A stretch of DNA of 64,000 nt from an uncultured Gammaproteobacteria bacterium (GTDB lineage Bacteria > Patescibacteriota > Patescibacteriia > Magasanikbacterales > GWA2-37-8). The notes beneath the pieces are model-generated. The model searched no databases, was not told where the DNA came from, and worked only from the letters and a program-made list of their open reading frames with translations. The stretch is taken from NCBI GenBank assembly GCA_964619625.1, contig CAZUFD010000003.1, positions 30,282 through 94,281 on the forward strand, read 5' to 3'. Numbering within the stretch: position 1 is the first letter of the stretch; each line of letters opens with the position of its first letter. Made by a program: the position numbers and the translations under genes. Shown here piece by piece: positions 1 through 9,743 of this stretch.

Positions 1-1
1 T

Positions 2-352
2 TATCCGTTTAGAAATGTATTTGAGCATAGCGCCATAGATATCCGCGCTTCGCAAGGTACGCCGGTAAGAGCCGCCGCATCGGGGTATGTGGCCCGTGCC
101 AAAACTTGTACCGCCTCTACTTGTTATGCGTATGTTTTAATCGTTCATACAGGCAATTTATCCACCTTGTATGGTCACCTCAGCCGTATAGATGTCGCTG
201 GAGATCAGTTTGTAAATAAAGGTGATATTATCGGCTATTCCGGCGGTAAGCCCGGAACTGTAGGCGCCGGGCCATTTGTAACCGGTCCTCATTTGCATTT
301 TGAAGTGCGTTTAAACGGAATCCCGGTTGATCCGCTGGGGTATTTGGAATAA
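2..352 (+). CDS. M23 family metallopeptidase (murein hydrolase activator-like), 5' truncated by window edge
   Basis: The frame is open from base 2. It contains HSAID (HxxxD), YGHL and GPHLHFEVR, the M23 motifs. Confidence 0.9.
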   Translation, partial: YPFRNVFEHSAIDIRASQGTPVRAAASGYVARAKTCTASTCYAYVLIVHTGNLSTLYGHLSRIDVAGDQFVNKGDIIGYSGGKPGTVGAGPFVTGPHLHFEVRLNGIPVDPLGYLE

Positions 353-361
353 TAAATTATC

Positions 362-445
362 TGTCATTCCGAACCTTGTGTGAGGAATCTCTGTCTATTT
401 GCTGTTGCAGAGATCCCTCGTCGCTACGGCTCGCTCGGGATGACA
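362..445. repeat. Intergenic palindromic REP/RPE-like element (TGTCATTCCGA...GAGGAATCT...AGATCCCTC...TCGGGATGACA)
   Basis: The ends are self-complementary. Related sequences occur at 24646-24674, 47866-47898 and 56869-56947. Confidence 0.75.
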
Positions 446-457
446 ATTGAAAATAAT

Positions 458-1429
458 ATGAAGAAATTAAAAGTTGGTGTTTTGATGGGAGGGCCGTCAT
501 CGGAAAGAGAAGTATCGCTCGTAACCGGTAAAGCCGTATTTGATAATTTAGACAGAAAAAAATACGCGCCAACAGTGGTAGAAATGAAAAAAGACGGCAG
601 TTTTTGGTTGGGGAAGAAGAGAAAACTTGATTTGCAAAATAAAGACAGGAAGTTATTTGATATTATTTTTATTGCCATGCATGGCTCGCCCGGAGAAGAT
701 GGGGGAGTGCAAGGCATGTTTGAAACCCTCGGAATTAAATATACAGGTTCGGGAGTTCTTTCTAGCGCTCTAGCGATGAATAAAGTTTTTTCAGCACAGA
801 TTTATCATGCTAACGGTTTACCATATCCGGAATTTATTCATTTTAAAAGAGACGGATGGAAAAACCACCAAGAAAAAGTTTTGCAGGATATAGAAAACAA
901 AGTTGGTTTTCCGTGCGTAGTAAAGCCAGTTGATCAAGGGTCAGCTGTGGGTGTGCATATTGTAAAATCAAAAGATGAAATTAAAAAAGTAATTGACAAG
1001 GCCATTAAAAAATTTTCGTGGCTGATGGTACAGAAATTTATTAGCGGACAAGAAGCAACCTGTGGGGTTTTGGAAAAAAATGGTACAATAATGGCGCTGC
1101 CGCCTACGCATATTCTGCCAAAGATGGGAGAATTTTATGATTATAAATCAAAATATAAAACTGGGGGCTCCACTCATATTTGTCCGGCGGATTTTGATGA
1201 ACAAGTAAATTTGGAAATACAAAAATTAGCCGTGCAAGCGCACAAAGCCTTGGGTTGCCGCAGCATGTCTAGAACCGATATTTTTGTGGGGGATGACAAA
1301 AAATTATATATATTGGAAACCAACACCATTCCGGGTATGACACCAACCAGTTTGTTTCCCGAAGCCGCGGCTAAAGCAGGTATCAGTTTTCCACAAATGC
1401 TTGATTATATTATTAAGACAAATTTATAG
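458..1429 (+). CDS. ddl: D-alanine--D-alanine ligase
   Basis: Motifs GGPSSEREVS, HGSPGEDG, FYDYKSKY and ETNTIPGMT. The start was moved to ATG 458 because the upstream extension runs through the repeat. Confidence 0.95.
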   Translation: MKKLKVGVLMGGPSSEREVSLVTGKAVFDNLDRKKYAPTVVEMKKDGSFWLGKKRKLDLQNKDRKLFDIIFIAMHGSPGEDGGVQGMFETLGIKYTGSGVLSSALAMNKVFSAQIYHANGLPYPEFIHFKRDGWKNHQEKVLQDIENKVGFPCVVKPVDQGSAVGVHIVKSKDEIKKVIDKAIKKFSWLMVQKFISGQEATCGVLEKNGTIMALPPTHILPKMGEFYDYKSKYKTGGSTHICPADFDEQVNLEIQKLAVQAHKALGCRSMSRTDIFVGDDKKLYILETNTIPGMTPTSLFPEAAAKAGISFPQMLDYIIKTNL

Positions 1430-1431
1430 AT

Positions 1432-3579
1432 ATGGCAAAGTCAGCCGTGCGTAATTTGTATAAACTTTTTAACCCAGGCTCTATTGCTATTTTGGGAGCT
1501 TCGCGCGATGAAAAAAAAATCGGCAATATAGTGCTTAGAAATATTGTTAATTCCGGTTTTAGAGGCAAGATTTTTCCGGTCAATCCAAATTCCGAAGATA
1601 TAAACGGATTAACATGTTATGGCAGTTACGCGAAATTGCCGGAGATTCCGGATTTGGCAATTTTGTCATTGCCTTCGGATTTAGCTTTAGAACTTTTAGA
1701 ACCGATTGCCAAAAAAGGCACAAAAAACATTATCATATTCAGCGCCGGTTTTAAGGAGATCGGTCCTGAAGGAGAAAAAAAAGAAGAGAGCTTGCGTGCG
1801 GCCGCACAGAAATTTGGCCTAAATATTCTGGGTCCGAACTGCCTTGGCTTTGCCAGCACTGTAAGCAGTCTAAATGCCACATTTAGCAGAGTCGGCGGAG
1901 CCAGAGGAAACCTAAGATTTATGTCTCAGTCCGGAGCCTTGGCTTCCGGAATTTTTGATTGGGCTAGACAAAATGCTGTTGGTTTTAGCGAGTTTATTAC
2001 ACTCGGCAATAAAGCAGTTTTAAATGAAAACGATATTTTGCAATATTGGCTCAGTAAACCAAAAACCAAAAAACAAGAAACGGGCTTGTCTAATTGCCAG
2101 CCTATAGGTTTATATTTGGAATCAATAGACGCCGGACAAAAATTTTTAGAATTAGCAGCCAAAACTTCTCTTGCAGATCCTATTTTTATTTTAAAACCCG
2201 GTAAATCAAAGCAAGCGCAACAAGCCATTCGTTCTCATACGGGATCTATGGCCGGAGATGATGCCGTGCAAGACGCAGCTTTTGCCGAAGCCGGAGTAAT
2301 ACGCTGTGAAGGAGTAGAAGACATGTTTGATTTAGCCAAAGCTTTTTCTTGGGAAAACGCGCCGCGCGGGCCAAGAGTGGCTATAGTATCCAATGCAGGC
2401 GGTCCGGCGGTAATTAGCACCGATGCTTTAGAAAAAGAAGGTTTGGAATTGGCGGTTTTAAGTAAAAAAACATTAGCTAAACTAACAAAAAATCTTCCGC
2501 GCGCGTCTAATGTTTTAAATCCGGTGGATGTTTTGGGCGACGCGCTTTCGGATCGTTATCATGAAGCCATAAACGACGTGTTGGCTGAATCTGGCGTAGA
2601 TGCGCTGGTAATCATACTCACTCCGCAGGTGATGACGGAAGTGGAAACAACGGCCGAATTGATAGGAAAATTATCCGCCAAATATGGCAAGCCTGTAGTT
2701 TGTTCGTTTATGGGAGCCGACCTTATTCATACGGCTGAAGAAATTTTAAATAAATATAAGATTCCGTCGTTTAGATTCCCGGAACGGGCTATAAAGGCTT
2801 TGGCAAAAATGTGGCAATGGCGATCGGCAGCTGAAAAACAAAAAGCGCGCGTGAAACAGAAAAAACAAAAGTTGGTTTCTAAACATAGCACAGAAAAAAT
2901 CAATGCCATAATTCAATCTTTGGAAAAAAATAACAAAGTACTCTCGGCAACTCAAGCCGACGAGGTATTACATACTTGTGGCATTAAAACACCAAAGTCC
3001 GCAACGATTAATAATGTAGAAGAAGCGCGTAATTTCGCGCAAAAAAATAAATGGCCGGTAGTGCTTAAAATTTCTTCGCCATTTTTGATGCATAAAACCG
3101 AAGCGGGAGCCGTAATTAAAAATATAAATAATAATGAACAATTAGAAAACGCATGGACAAAAATTACGGCCATAGTAAAAAAATTACCGAATAAATCAAA
3201 CTGCTTTATACAAATTCAACAGCAAATCGGCGCGGGCGTTGAAGTTATTGCCGGCATAAAACATGACAACAGTTTTGGCAATGTGCTTATGTTTGGCGCG
3301 GGTGGAATACTGGCCGAACTAATAGGGGATAGTAATTTAAAAATGCTGCCAATAGACGAAGCTGGCGCAAAACAATTAATATTAAAATCCAAAGTCAGCA
3401 AACTACTTACCGGATTTAGAAATCAAAAATCTTTTGCCTTAAACAAACTGGCAACTTTGCTTGTAAAACTTGGAAATCTGGCGCAAACAACAAATCAGTT
3501 TAGTGAAATTACGATCAATCCGATTATAGTTACTGAAACTGATGCCTGGGCCGTAGACCCAAGAATCATAGTCAGATAA
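1432..3579 (+). CDS. Acetate--CoA ligase (ADP-forming), fused alpha/beta
   Basis: CoA-binding N-terminus (GASR, GPNCLG), SHTG phospho-His, SNAGGP and NPVD motifs, and a C-terminal ATP-grasp with HKTE. Confidence 0.9.
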   Translation: MAKSAVRNLYKLFNPGSIAILGASRDEKKIGNIVLRNIVNSGFRGKIFPVNPNSEDINGLTCYGSYAKLPEIPDLAILSLPSDLALELLEPIAKKGTKNIIIFSAGFKEIGPEGEKKEESLRAAAQKFGLNILGPNCLGFASTVSSLNATFSRVGGARGNLRFMSQSGALASGIFDWARQNAVGFSEFITLGNKAVLNENDILQYWLSKPKTKKQETGLSNCQPIGLYLESIDAGQKFLELAAKTSLADPIFILKPGKSKQAQQAIRSHTGSMAGDDAVQDAAFAEAGVIRCEGVEDMFDLAKAFSWENAPRGPRVAIVSNAGGPAVISTDALEKEGLELAVLSKKTLAKLTKNLPRASNVLNPVDVLGDALSDRYHEAINDVLAESGVDALVIILTPQVMTEVETTAELIGKLSAKYGKPVVCSFMGADLIHTAEEILNKYKIPSFRFPERAIKALAKMWQWRSAAEKQKARVKQKKQKLVSKHSTEKINAIIQSLEKNNKVLSATQADEVLHTCGIKTPKSATINNVEEARNFAQKNKWPVVLKISSPFLMHKTEAGAVIKNINNNEQLENAWTKITAIVKKLPNKSNCFIQIQQQIGAGVEVIAGIKHDNSFGNVLMFGAGGILAELIGDSNLKMLPIDEAGAKQLILKSKVSKLLTGFRNQKSFALNKLATLLVKLGNLAQTTNQFSEITINPIIVTETDAWAVDPRIIVR

Positions 3580-3588
3580 TATTAAGAT

Positions 3589-5298
3589 ATGCAACCATTT
3601 AGCGTAAAAATTGGCGGAGAAGCGGGGTTTGGCATCATGTCCTCTGGTTTGATTTTTTCTAAAGTTGCGACTCGTTCCGGCTACCATGTATTTAATTATA
3701 TGGAGTACCCTTCCATCATTAGAGGCGGGCATAATGTAATGCAGATAATGGTATCGGAAAATCCGATTGCGGCTTCATATGAACATACGGATTTTTTAGT
3801 TGCCTTAAATCAGCAAACCATAGACCTACATGTTTCAGAGCTTTCACTAAACGCCGGTTTGATGTATGACTCGGTAACGTGCGTGCTGCCAAAACTCCCT
3901 AAAGGAGTAACTGCTTTTGACATTCCGATTGATAAAATAGTCAGAGAAATTGGCGGGTCGTTTATTTTTAGAAATACTATAGCGATCGGCGCGGCCGTGG
4001 CGCTCGTTGGAGGCGATATAAAAATTTTGAAAGATTTGTTAGCTGAAGGGTTTGCCGGTAAATCAAAAGAACTCATAGAGAAAAATTTTCGCGTTGCCGA
4101 AGCCGGATATAACTACGCGCGCCAGCGGTATGCCAATAAAATTAAGCCAATATTTGCGATAAAAAAGAAAAAACAAAAACAAATGGTAATAGCCGGCAAC
4201 GAAGCGATCGCTCTGGGTTCAATTGCCGCAGGTATGCAATTTGCCGCTATTTACCCTATGACGCCGATTAGCAATATTTTACATACCTTGGCGCCACTAC
4301 AGGAAAAATATAATTTTATTTATAAGCAGCCCGAGGATGAAATCTCGGCCATTAATATGGCTATTGGCGCTTCGTTTGCGGGAGCTAGGGCCATGACCGC
4401 GTCTGCGGGCGGGGGATTTTGTTTGATGAGTGAGGGCTATGGCTTGGCGGCTATGACCGAAACTCCGCTGGTTATTATAGAAGGTATGCGAGGCGGTCCG
4501 GCTACGGGCTTGCCAACATGGACCGAACAGGGTGATTTGCGATTTGTTTTGCATGCGCATCAAGGCGAGTTCGCAAGAATTGTTTTGGCAGCCGGTGATG
4601 CGACCGAAGCATTTCACCTCACCATGCAGGCGTTTAATTTGGCAGATAAATATCAAACCCCGGTAATAGTTATTGTTGACAAACAAGTGTGTGAAAGTCA
4701 TTTTAGCGTTAGTCCGTTTGAGTATAATAAATATATAGCAGACAGAGGAAAATTTACGGCTAAAAAACAAGCAAACTATAAACGGTATGCTCTCAGCAAA
4801 GATGGTATATCATTACGCAGCATCCCGGGTGTAGGCAACCATGTTGTCGCCAATTCCGATGAACATAATGAGCTGGGATATTCTAATGAAGAGGCTAAAA
4901 ATAGATTAGATCAAATGAGTAAGCGTATGCAAAAATTGGCTACCTGTGCCAAAGAAGATTTGCCTAAGCCGGAACTAGTCGGGCCAAAAGATGCGGATGT
5001 AACCATAGTATCCTGGGGCAGCAATAAAGGCGCAATTTTAGAAGCCATGAATTATTTTGATAATGTAAATTTTTTACATCTGACTTGGATCAGTCCGTTT
5101 CCAACCGAGGCCGTAAAAAATATTTTGCATAAAGCAAATAGAATTCTAAATATAGAATGTAATTCTACGGCGCAGATGGCCGGACTTATTAAAGAAAAAA
5201 CCGGCATTGGCATAAAAGATAATTTATTAAAATACGATGGCCGGCCGTTTTTCCCGGAAGAAATCATCGCGAAAATTATATCGATTTTACGTCGGTAA
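3589..5298 (+). CDS. korA: 2-oxoacid:ferredoxin/flavodoxin oxidoreductase alpha (gamma-alpha fusion)
   Basis: Motifs GGEAGFG, YPMTP, EDEISA and RGGPATGLPT. Confidence 0.92.
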   Translation: MQPFSVKIGGEAGFGIMSSGLIFSKVATRSGYHVFNYMEYPSIIRGGHNVMQIMVSENPIAASYEHTDFLVALNQQTIDLHVSELSLNAGLMYDSVTCVLPKLPKGVTAFDIPIDKIVREIGGSFIFRNTIAIGAAVALVGGDIKILKDLLAEGFAGKSKELIEKNFRVAEAGYNYARQRYANKIKPIFAIKKKKQKQMVIAGNEAIALGSIAAGMQFAAIYPMTPISNILHTLAPLQEKYNFIYKQPEDEISAINMAIGASFAGARAMTASAGGGFCLMSEGYGLAAMTETPLVIIEGMRGGPATGLPTWTEQGDLRFVLHAHQGEFARIVLAAGDATEAFHLTMQAFNLADKYQTPVIVIVDKQVCESHFSVSPFEYNKYIADRGKFTAKKQANYKRYALSKDGISLRSIPGVGNHVVANSDEHNELGYSNEEAKNRLDQMSKRMQKLATCAKEDLPKPELVGPKDADVTIVSWGSNKGAILEAMNYFDNVNFLHLTWISPFPTEAVKNILHKANRILNIECNSTAQMAGLIKEKTGIGIKDNLLKYDGRPFFPEEIIAKIISILRR

Positions 5299-5360
5299 AA
5301 TCGTGTATCCTTGATTTCTCGCCAAAGAGAAATCAAGGGAAAAATACCTAAATTATTGCT

Positions 5361-6218
5361 ATGACTACTGTACAAAATTTAAAAACTCCTAATGCGTGCA
5401 ATTGGTGTCCGGGATGCGGCAATTTTGGCATTTGGACAGCCGTTAAGGAAGCCGCGGCTAAGGAACGCTGGAATAATACCAACAGCGTGATTGTGGCCGG
5501 CATCGGCTGCCATGGTCATATTAATAATTTCATTGAACTGAGCAGTTTTGAAGGGTTGCATGGCCGGGCTATACCGGTGGCTTCGGCTATAAAAATGGTG
5601 AACCACAGGCTGAATGTAATGGTTTTTACCGGCGACGGAGATTGTTTGGCCGAAGGGGGTAATCATTTCATGCATGCGGCTCGCCGTAATCAAAATTTAA
5701 CGGTTATTTTGCATGATAATGCCATTTATGGCCTTACCACCGGACAAACCTCGCCACGTTCTCCGCACGGCTTTAAATCAAAATCAACCCCTATGGGGAA
5801 TTTGGATGAACCGATTAACCCGCTTACGCTGGCCATATCTGCCGGAGCCACGTTTGTCGCCAGAGCATATTCAGGCGATATTCCTCGTCTCACCGATTTA
5901 ATTATTCAAGCAAATAACCATAACGGTTTTTCGGTATTGCAGATTTTACAGCCATGCGTAACATTTAATAAAATCTATTCACATACTTTTTTCCAGGAAA
6001 ATACGTATCATTTGCCCGCAAGTTATAATCCGCAAGATAAAACTGCGGCCTTTGCTAAAACCTTGGAGTGGGGAGAAAAACAAATCCCGGTCGGCGTAAT
6101 TTATAAAGAAGATAGGCCGTCGTACGAAGATCAAGTGCCGCAAATTAAAGCTGCGCCTCTTATTTCGGTAGCCGCGAAAAAAAGAAATATTAATGAAACA
6201 CTGGAAACATTTCTATGA
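5361..6218 (+). CDS. korB: 2-oxoacid:ferredoxin oxidoreductase beta
   Basis: Motifs WCPGCG, GIGC, the GDGD TPP motif and YGLTTGQTSP. Confidence 0.92.
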   Translation: MTTVQNLKTPNACNWCPGCGNFGIWTAVKEAAAKERWNNTNSVIVAGIGCHGHINNFIELSSFEGLHGRAIPVASAIKMVNHRLNVMVFTGDGDCLAEGGNHFMHAARRNQNLTVILHDNAIYGLTTGQTSPRSPHGFKSKSTPMGNLDEPINPLTLAISAGATFVARAYSGDIPRLTDLIIQANNHNGFSVLQILQPCVTFNKIYSHTFFQENTYHLPASYNPQDKTAAFAKTLEWGEKQIPVGVIYKEDRPSYEDQVPQIKAAPLISVAAKKRNINETLETFL

Positions 6219-6682
6219 AGAAGATTCTGTTAATATACGCTACGCATTCCGGCAGTACCTTTGTAGCCGCGCAAATCATCAAGGAAATTTTGTCAACCAA
6301 TTTTGAGGTGGTAATGCAAAATGCCTTGGAGTCAAAACCAACAGATATAAAAAATTATGATACGGTTATTTTAGGTTCCCCAAGCTGGTTTAGCAGGGGA
6401 GAAGAAGGAATGCCATCCGAAACCATGCTGAAATTAACGGATGTTTGGGGTAAACAGAATTTATCCAATAAGCATTTCGCGGTATATGGCTGCGGTGATG
6501 ATAGTTATATGACTTTTTGTGGCGCGGTAAATCATCTGGAAAATTTTGTAAAAAACGTAAAAGGCAACTTTATGTTGCCATCCCTTCGTCTCAATGGTTT
6601 CTTTTTTGACGTAGATAAAAACGTAGAACAGGTAAAAAAATGGGCCGCTGATTTAAAAGTTAAAGCCGGCACGATCTGGTAA
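6215..6682 (+). CDS. Flavodoxin
   Basis: FMN loop YATHSGST, plus GSPSW and YGCGDDSY...FCGA. Overlaps korB by ATGA. Confidence 0.9.
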   Translation: MKKILLIYATHSGSTFVAAQIIKEILSTNFEVVMQNALESKPTDIKNYDTVILGSPSWFSRGEEGMPSETMLKLTDVWGKQNLSNKHFAVYGCGDDSYMTFCGAVNHLENFVKNVKGNFMLPSLRLNGFFFDVDKNVEQVKKWAADLKVKAGTIW

Positions 6683-6685
6683 AGA

Positions 6686-7651
6686 TTACTTTTTACCGCT
6701 GTGAAATTTTTTGTGGATATCGCGCAAGCGCGGATTGGTGACGTGCGTGTAGATTTGAGTTGTAACAATATTTTTATGGCCCAGAAGTTCTTGCACGGAA
6801 CGCATATCTGCGCCTTGTTGCAGTAGATCCGTGGCAAAGCTGTGGCGCAATGTATGCGGCGTGGCATCTATGGGCAATCCGGCCATGGATCTGTATTTGC
6901 TTACCATCCGCTCTATGGAACGAGCGGTTAAACGGTTGTCATTTTCTTCATCGCCACCTTTTTTATAGTTTATAAATAGCGGTTGGTGCATGTCTTTTCT
7001 AGTTTTAAGATACTCTCCCAACCATTTTAAGGCTCGATCGGAGAAATAAATTGTACGGGTTGAACCGCCTTTTCCAGAAATGGTTAGTTCTTCATCGGAA
7101 TATTTTCCCTTTTTTAAGTTTTCCACGTTAAAGCTTCTTACATTGAGTGAAGTTAATTCGGAGACACGCATGCCGGTAGAGAACAGGATTTCTAAAATTG
7201 CCCGATCACGCAAGCCGTCCGGCTTGGAAAGGTCGGGCATGTTCATTAATTTTTCTACTTGTTCAAATTTAAGAAATTTAATTGCCTTATCTTTATCCGT
7301 AAGTTTTGGCAGCTTTATTTTTTCCGATGGCAGGGAAATGATATCTTTTTCAGCAAAATAGGCGAGGAGATTTCGTAAAGCGATCAGATAATAATTTTGC
7401 GTTGTTTTTTTATTAAAATTGCCCCGCTTATCCTTTTTTCGGGATAAAGATACGCGATAATTCCAGATATGTTCCGGGGTAAGTTCATGGGGTTTTAATG
7501 AGCCTAAATTTGATTCTTGGAGCCATTTGGTAAAGGTTTTGAGAAAGTTGTGGTAATTGCGGGTAGAAATAGGGGAGAGGCCCTTTTCAATTTCGCAGTA
7601 TTCCAAAAAAGTGGGGATGTGGAAGGTGATGGGTTGATTGGATTTGTGCAT
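6686..7651 (-). CDS. Xer-family site-specific tyrosine recombinase
   Basis: SAM-like N-domain (EKGLS...NY), RDRAILE..FSTGMRVSEL, GKG, HTLRHSFAT and LGH....TQIY catalytic residues. Confidence 0.93.
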   Translation of the reverse strand: MHKSNQPITFHIPTFLEYCEIEKGLSPISTRNYHNFLKTFTKWLQESNLGSLKPHELTPEHIWNYRVSLSRKKDKRGNFNKKTTQNYYLIALRNLLAYFAEKDIISLPSEKIKLPKLTDKDKAIKFLKFEQVEKLMNMPDLSKPDGLRDRAILEILFSTGMRVSELTSLNVRSFNVENLKKGKYSDEELTISGKGGSTRTIYFSDRALKWLGEYLKTRKDMHQPLFINYKKGGDEENDNRLTARSIERMVSKYRSMAGLPIDATPHTLRHSFATDLLQQGADMRSVQELLGHKNIVTTQIYTHVTNPRLRDIHKKFHSGKK

Positions 7652-7675
7652 AAGCTTGTATTAACCGTATTTTTA

Positions 7676-7701
7676 TTATATCATAAAATATTATACGACG
7701 T
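7676..7701. promoter_or_regulatory. Xer half-site-like sequence (TTATACGACGT) overlapping the putative xer promoter
   Basis: 7691-7701 matches the right arm of the dif-like site (TTATACGACAT) at 10/11. Minus-strand TATAAT hexamers overlap it. Confidence 0.5.
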
Positions 7702-7712
7702 ATCTTAATTGT

Positions 7713-7862
7713 ATGAGTAGTTTCGTAAAAACCCGTGCGGCCACATTATTTTGGGGATTTGCGGTAACGTATTTTTTTACCGGTCATATCGTTACTTCCC
7801 TTAAGATTTTTGCCGTTATGGCAATTGGCAACACACTTATCATGTGGAAGCTAGTAAAATAA
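7713..7862 (+). CDS. Small 49-aa membrane protein (not in ORF track)
   Basis: MSSFVKTRAATLFWGFAVTYFFTGHIVTSLKIFAVMAIGNTLIMWKLVK has two hydrophobic segments and fills the intergenic gap. Confidence 0.55.
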   Translation: MSSFVKTRAATLFWGFAVTYFFTGHIVTSLKIFAVMAIGNTLIMWKLVK

Positions 7863-7939
7863 GGAGCTATATTTGACATAATTATTTTATATGTTAATCT
7901 TTGTATTTAAGACAAAAAAACACCACCAGGGAGGCATCC

Positions 7940-8317
7940 ATGAATTGGCGCGAAGTTGCAAGCCGTGATGATGTGGTGGGCGGGGAGATTGAGACCCAAG
8001 AAGGGGAGTTCATCTTCCGCGGCCCGATCACATCTGTAGAAGTTCGTGATGACGGCCTGGTCTATTTCCAGGTTGCCTGGGCAGCCCAGAAGCCCATCAG
8101 CATGGAAGGCGGATGGGTGAAGCATGAGGCCACAAGCTTCGTGGTGAGCGCACGTGTTTCGATAGAAGATATCGGTGAAGGCAAACTTCACTTCCGAACT
8201 TCGTTTGCGGAGTCCGCAACCATCTTCCTAAAGGGGAGTGGTAACAAACTGAGTCCACGCAATGTTCGTGGTCTGCGGGTTTGTAGAAGTCACAGAAGAC
8301 ATGCCAAGGCTTCTTGA
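7940..8317 (+). CDS. Hypothetical protein (GC-richer ORFan)
   Basis: TTGACA at 7873 with TGnTAATCT, SD AGGGAGG before ATG 7940, and downstream hairpins. Confidence 0.7.
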   Translation: MNWREVASRDDVVGGEIETQEGEFIFRGPITSVEVRDDGLVYFQVAWAAQKPISMEGGWVKHEATSFVVSARVSIEDIGEGKLHFRTSFAESATIFLKGSGNKLSPRNVRGLRVCRSHRRHAKAS

Positions 8318-8331
8318 GAGGGGGAAATCAG

Positions 8332-8422
8332 TAAGGCCGTCCAAATTGCTTTGATTATAAAAGTTATAGTTAAAGCAATGACGGTCTTAATAAAATACAC
8401 CTTTAATGAGGTGTATTTTATT
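8332..8422. terminator. Long hairpin (8332-8389) plus bidirectional terminator (8389-8422)
   Basis: Inverted repeats TAAGGCCGTC...GACGGTCTTA and AATAAAATACACCT/AGGTGTATTTTATT lie between convergent genes. Confidence 0.65.
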
Positions 8423-8564
8423 ATTTAAAATTGCAAAACCACCGCCCCGAACTCATCTTTGCAGATAAAATCGGAAACGGTGGTTGAAAGAATCCTTGAT
8501 CGGCATCACTTGTTCCATAGATCAAATGTCCGAATAACTAAGACTCTAGTTGGTTACTCTGGTG

Positions 8565-8873
8565 CTACTCCTCGGCCTGGATAGCGTCCAGCGAACCGAA
8601 AAGTCTGGCGATGAAGAGATCTTCGGCAGCTCCACTGAAGTGCTGAGAAAGTTGGATCGTGATGGTGCAATCGGCGCGTCCCCGCCAGTCTCCGTGGTTG
8701 GCCACGGAGGTGAGCAGTTCGTGGTCCTCAATCGAGGCCGGCGCCAGGTAGTTCTCGGTCATCCGAAGCAGTTCTCTGACAGCGCCGGTTGCGCCGTATT
8801 TGAACTGCAGTCTCAACCTACGACTGCCGTTGCGCGCCTTCTTCAGTTCGACAGACATTTGCTCTCTCATCAT
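8565..8873 (-). CDS. Hypothetical protein (GC-richer ORFan)
   Basis: Minus-strand TTGACC-17-TACCAT promoter and GGAGG SD before ATG 8873. Confidence 0.65.
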   Translation of the reverse strand: MMREQMSVELKKARNGSRRLRLQFKYGATGAVRELLRMTENYLAPASIEDHELLTSVANHGDWRGRADCTITIQLSQHFSGAAEDLFIARLFGSLDAIQAEE

Positions 8874-9027
8874 ACACACCTCCGAGGTGGGATGGAATTG
8901 TTTGTGCCGTGAACAAAGTAGCATGGTACCCTACTTTTAGCCCCAGGTCAATTAAATATATCAAATCTTTAGTTTATTTTTAGGAAAAATTTATTATAGT
9001 TAGTGTATAGTAAATCTTAACTATAAT

Positions 9028-9306
9028 ATGAAAATAAAGTTTTATTTAGTATTTTTCTGTCTGTTAATTTTGTTAGGCGCTGGCTGTAAAAAAGAAGAAT
9101 GGCAAGGATTTTATTATCCAAACGGCTGTCTTTCGTGCATGGAAGATTATATCTATAGCCCAACGCTTTCTTCAGTGGAAGAATGCCATAACTGGGCACA
9201 GGAAATAAAGAAAGAGCGGGGGGATAACCCAACCGATCAATATGAATGTGGTTTAAATTGTAGGGCCAAAGGTATTTTGCATGTTTGCAAGGAAACGGTA
9301 GATTAA
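9028..9306 (+). CDS. Small lipoprotein with cysteines (WQGFYYP motif)
   Basis: Signal peptide ending in an LGAGC lipobox, followed by several Cys. Confidence 0.75.
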   Translation: MKIKFYLVFFCLLILLGAGCKKEEWQGFYYPNGCLSCMEDYIYSPTLSSVEECHNWAQEIKKERGDNPTDQYECGLNCRAKGILHVCKETVD

Positions 9307-9423
9307 GTAAAAATTTTACTATCCGCCTGCTCTAGCAAGTCGTTTTTTAGTACTCAAATAGCGGAATAGATAATTGACAATAATAATTAATGTGTTAGTC
9401 TTATGTACCAGGAGGAAGATTCC

Positions 9424-9732
9424 ATGAAAGAGAAAGCTGCCGAAGTCCTTGGACAGGCTCTGGTGGGTACGCGGACGCTCAAGCTGACGTTCAAGCGAAC
9501 AGCTCCAGCAATTGTCTTCAGGCATCTGGATTCAATGTGGGGCAGAGGACTGTTGTTCCTCTCCAGCGGTAATCGAGTGCGACTCAAGATGCTTCTGGCC
9601 AAGGGTGCCGATTGGGGAGGGGATGAGAAGCGAGTTCTGGAGCTTACCCTTACCGTGGAATTCACGGAACAAAGCCGGGGTTGGTTTATTCGCCAGGTTT
9701 CCGATGGCCTGGACGATATCCAGGCTGTGTGA
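9424..9732 (+). CDS. Hypothetical protein (GC-richer ORFan)
   Basis: TTGACA at 9374, AGGAGG SD, ATG 9424. Confidence 0.65.
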   Translation: MKEKAAEVLGQALVGTRTLKLTFKRTAPAIVFRHLDSMWGRGLLFLSSGNRVRLKMLLAKGADWGGDEKRVLELTLTVEFTEQSRGWFIRQVSDGLDDIQAV

Positions 9733-9743
9733 GAGGAGTTCTT

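Noticed and set aside
380-457. N-terminal extensions of ddl (from 380) and of the 47351-47923 ORF in the ORF track
   Set aside because: The extensions run through palindromic repeats. Family-like sequence begins at ATG 458 and ATG 47842.
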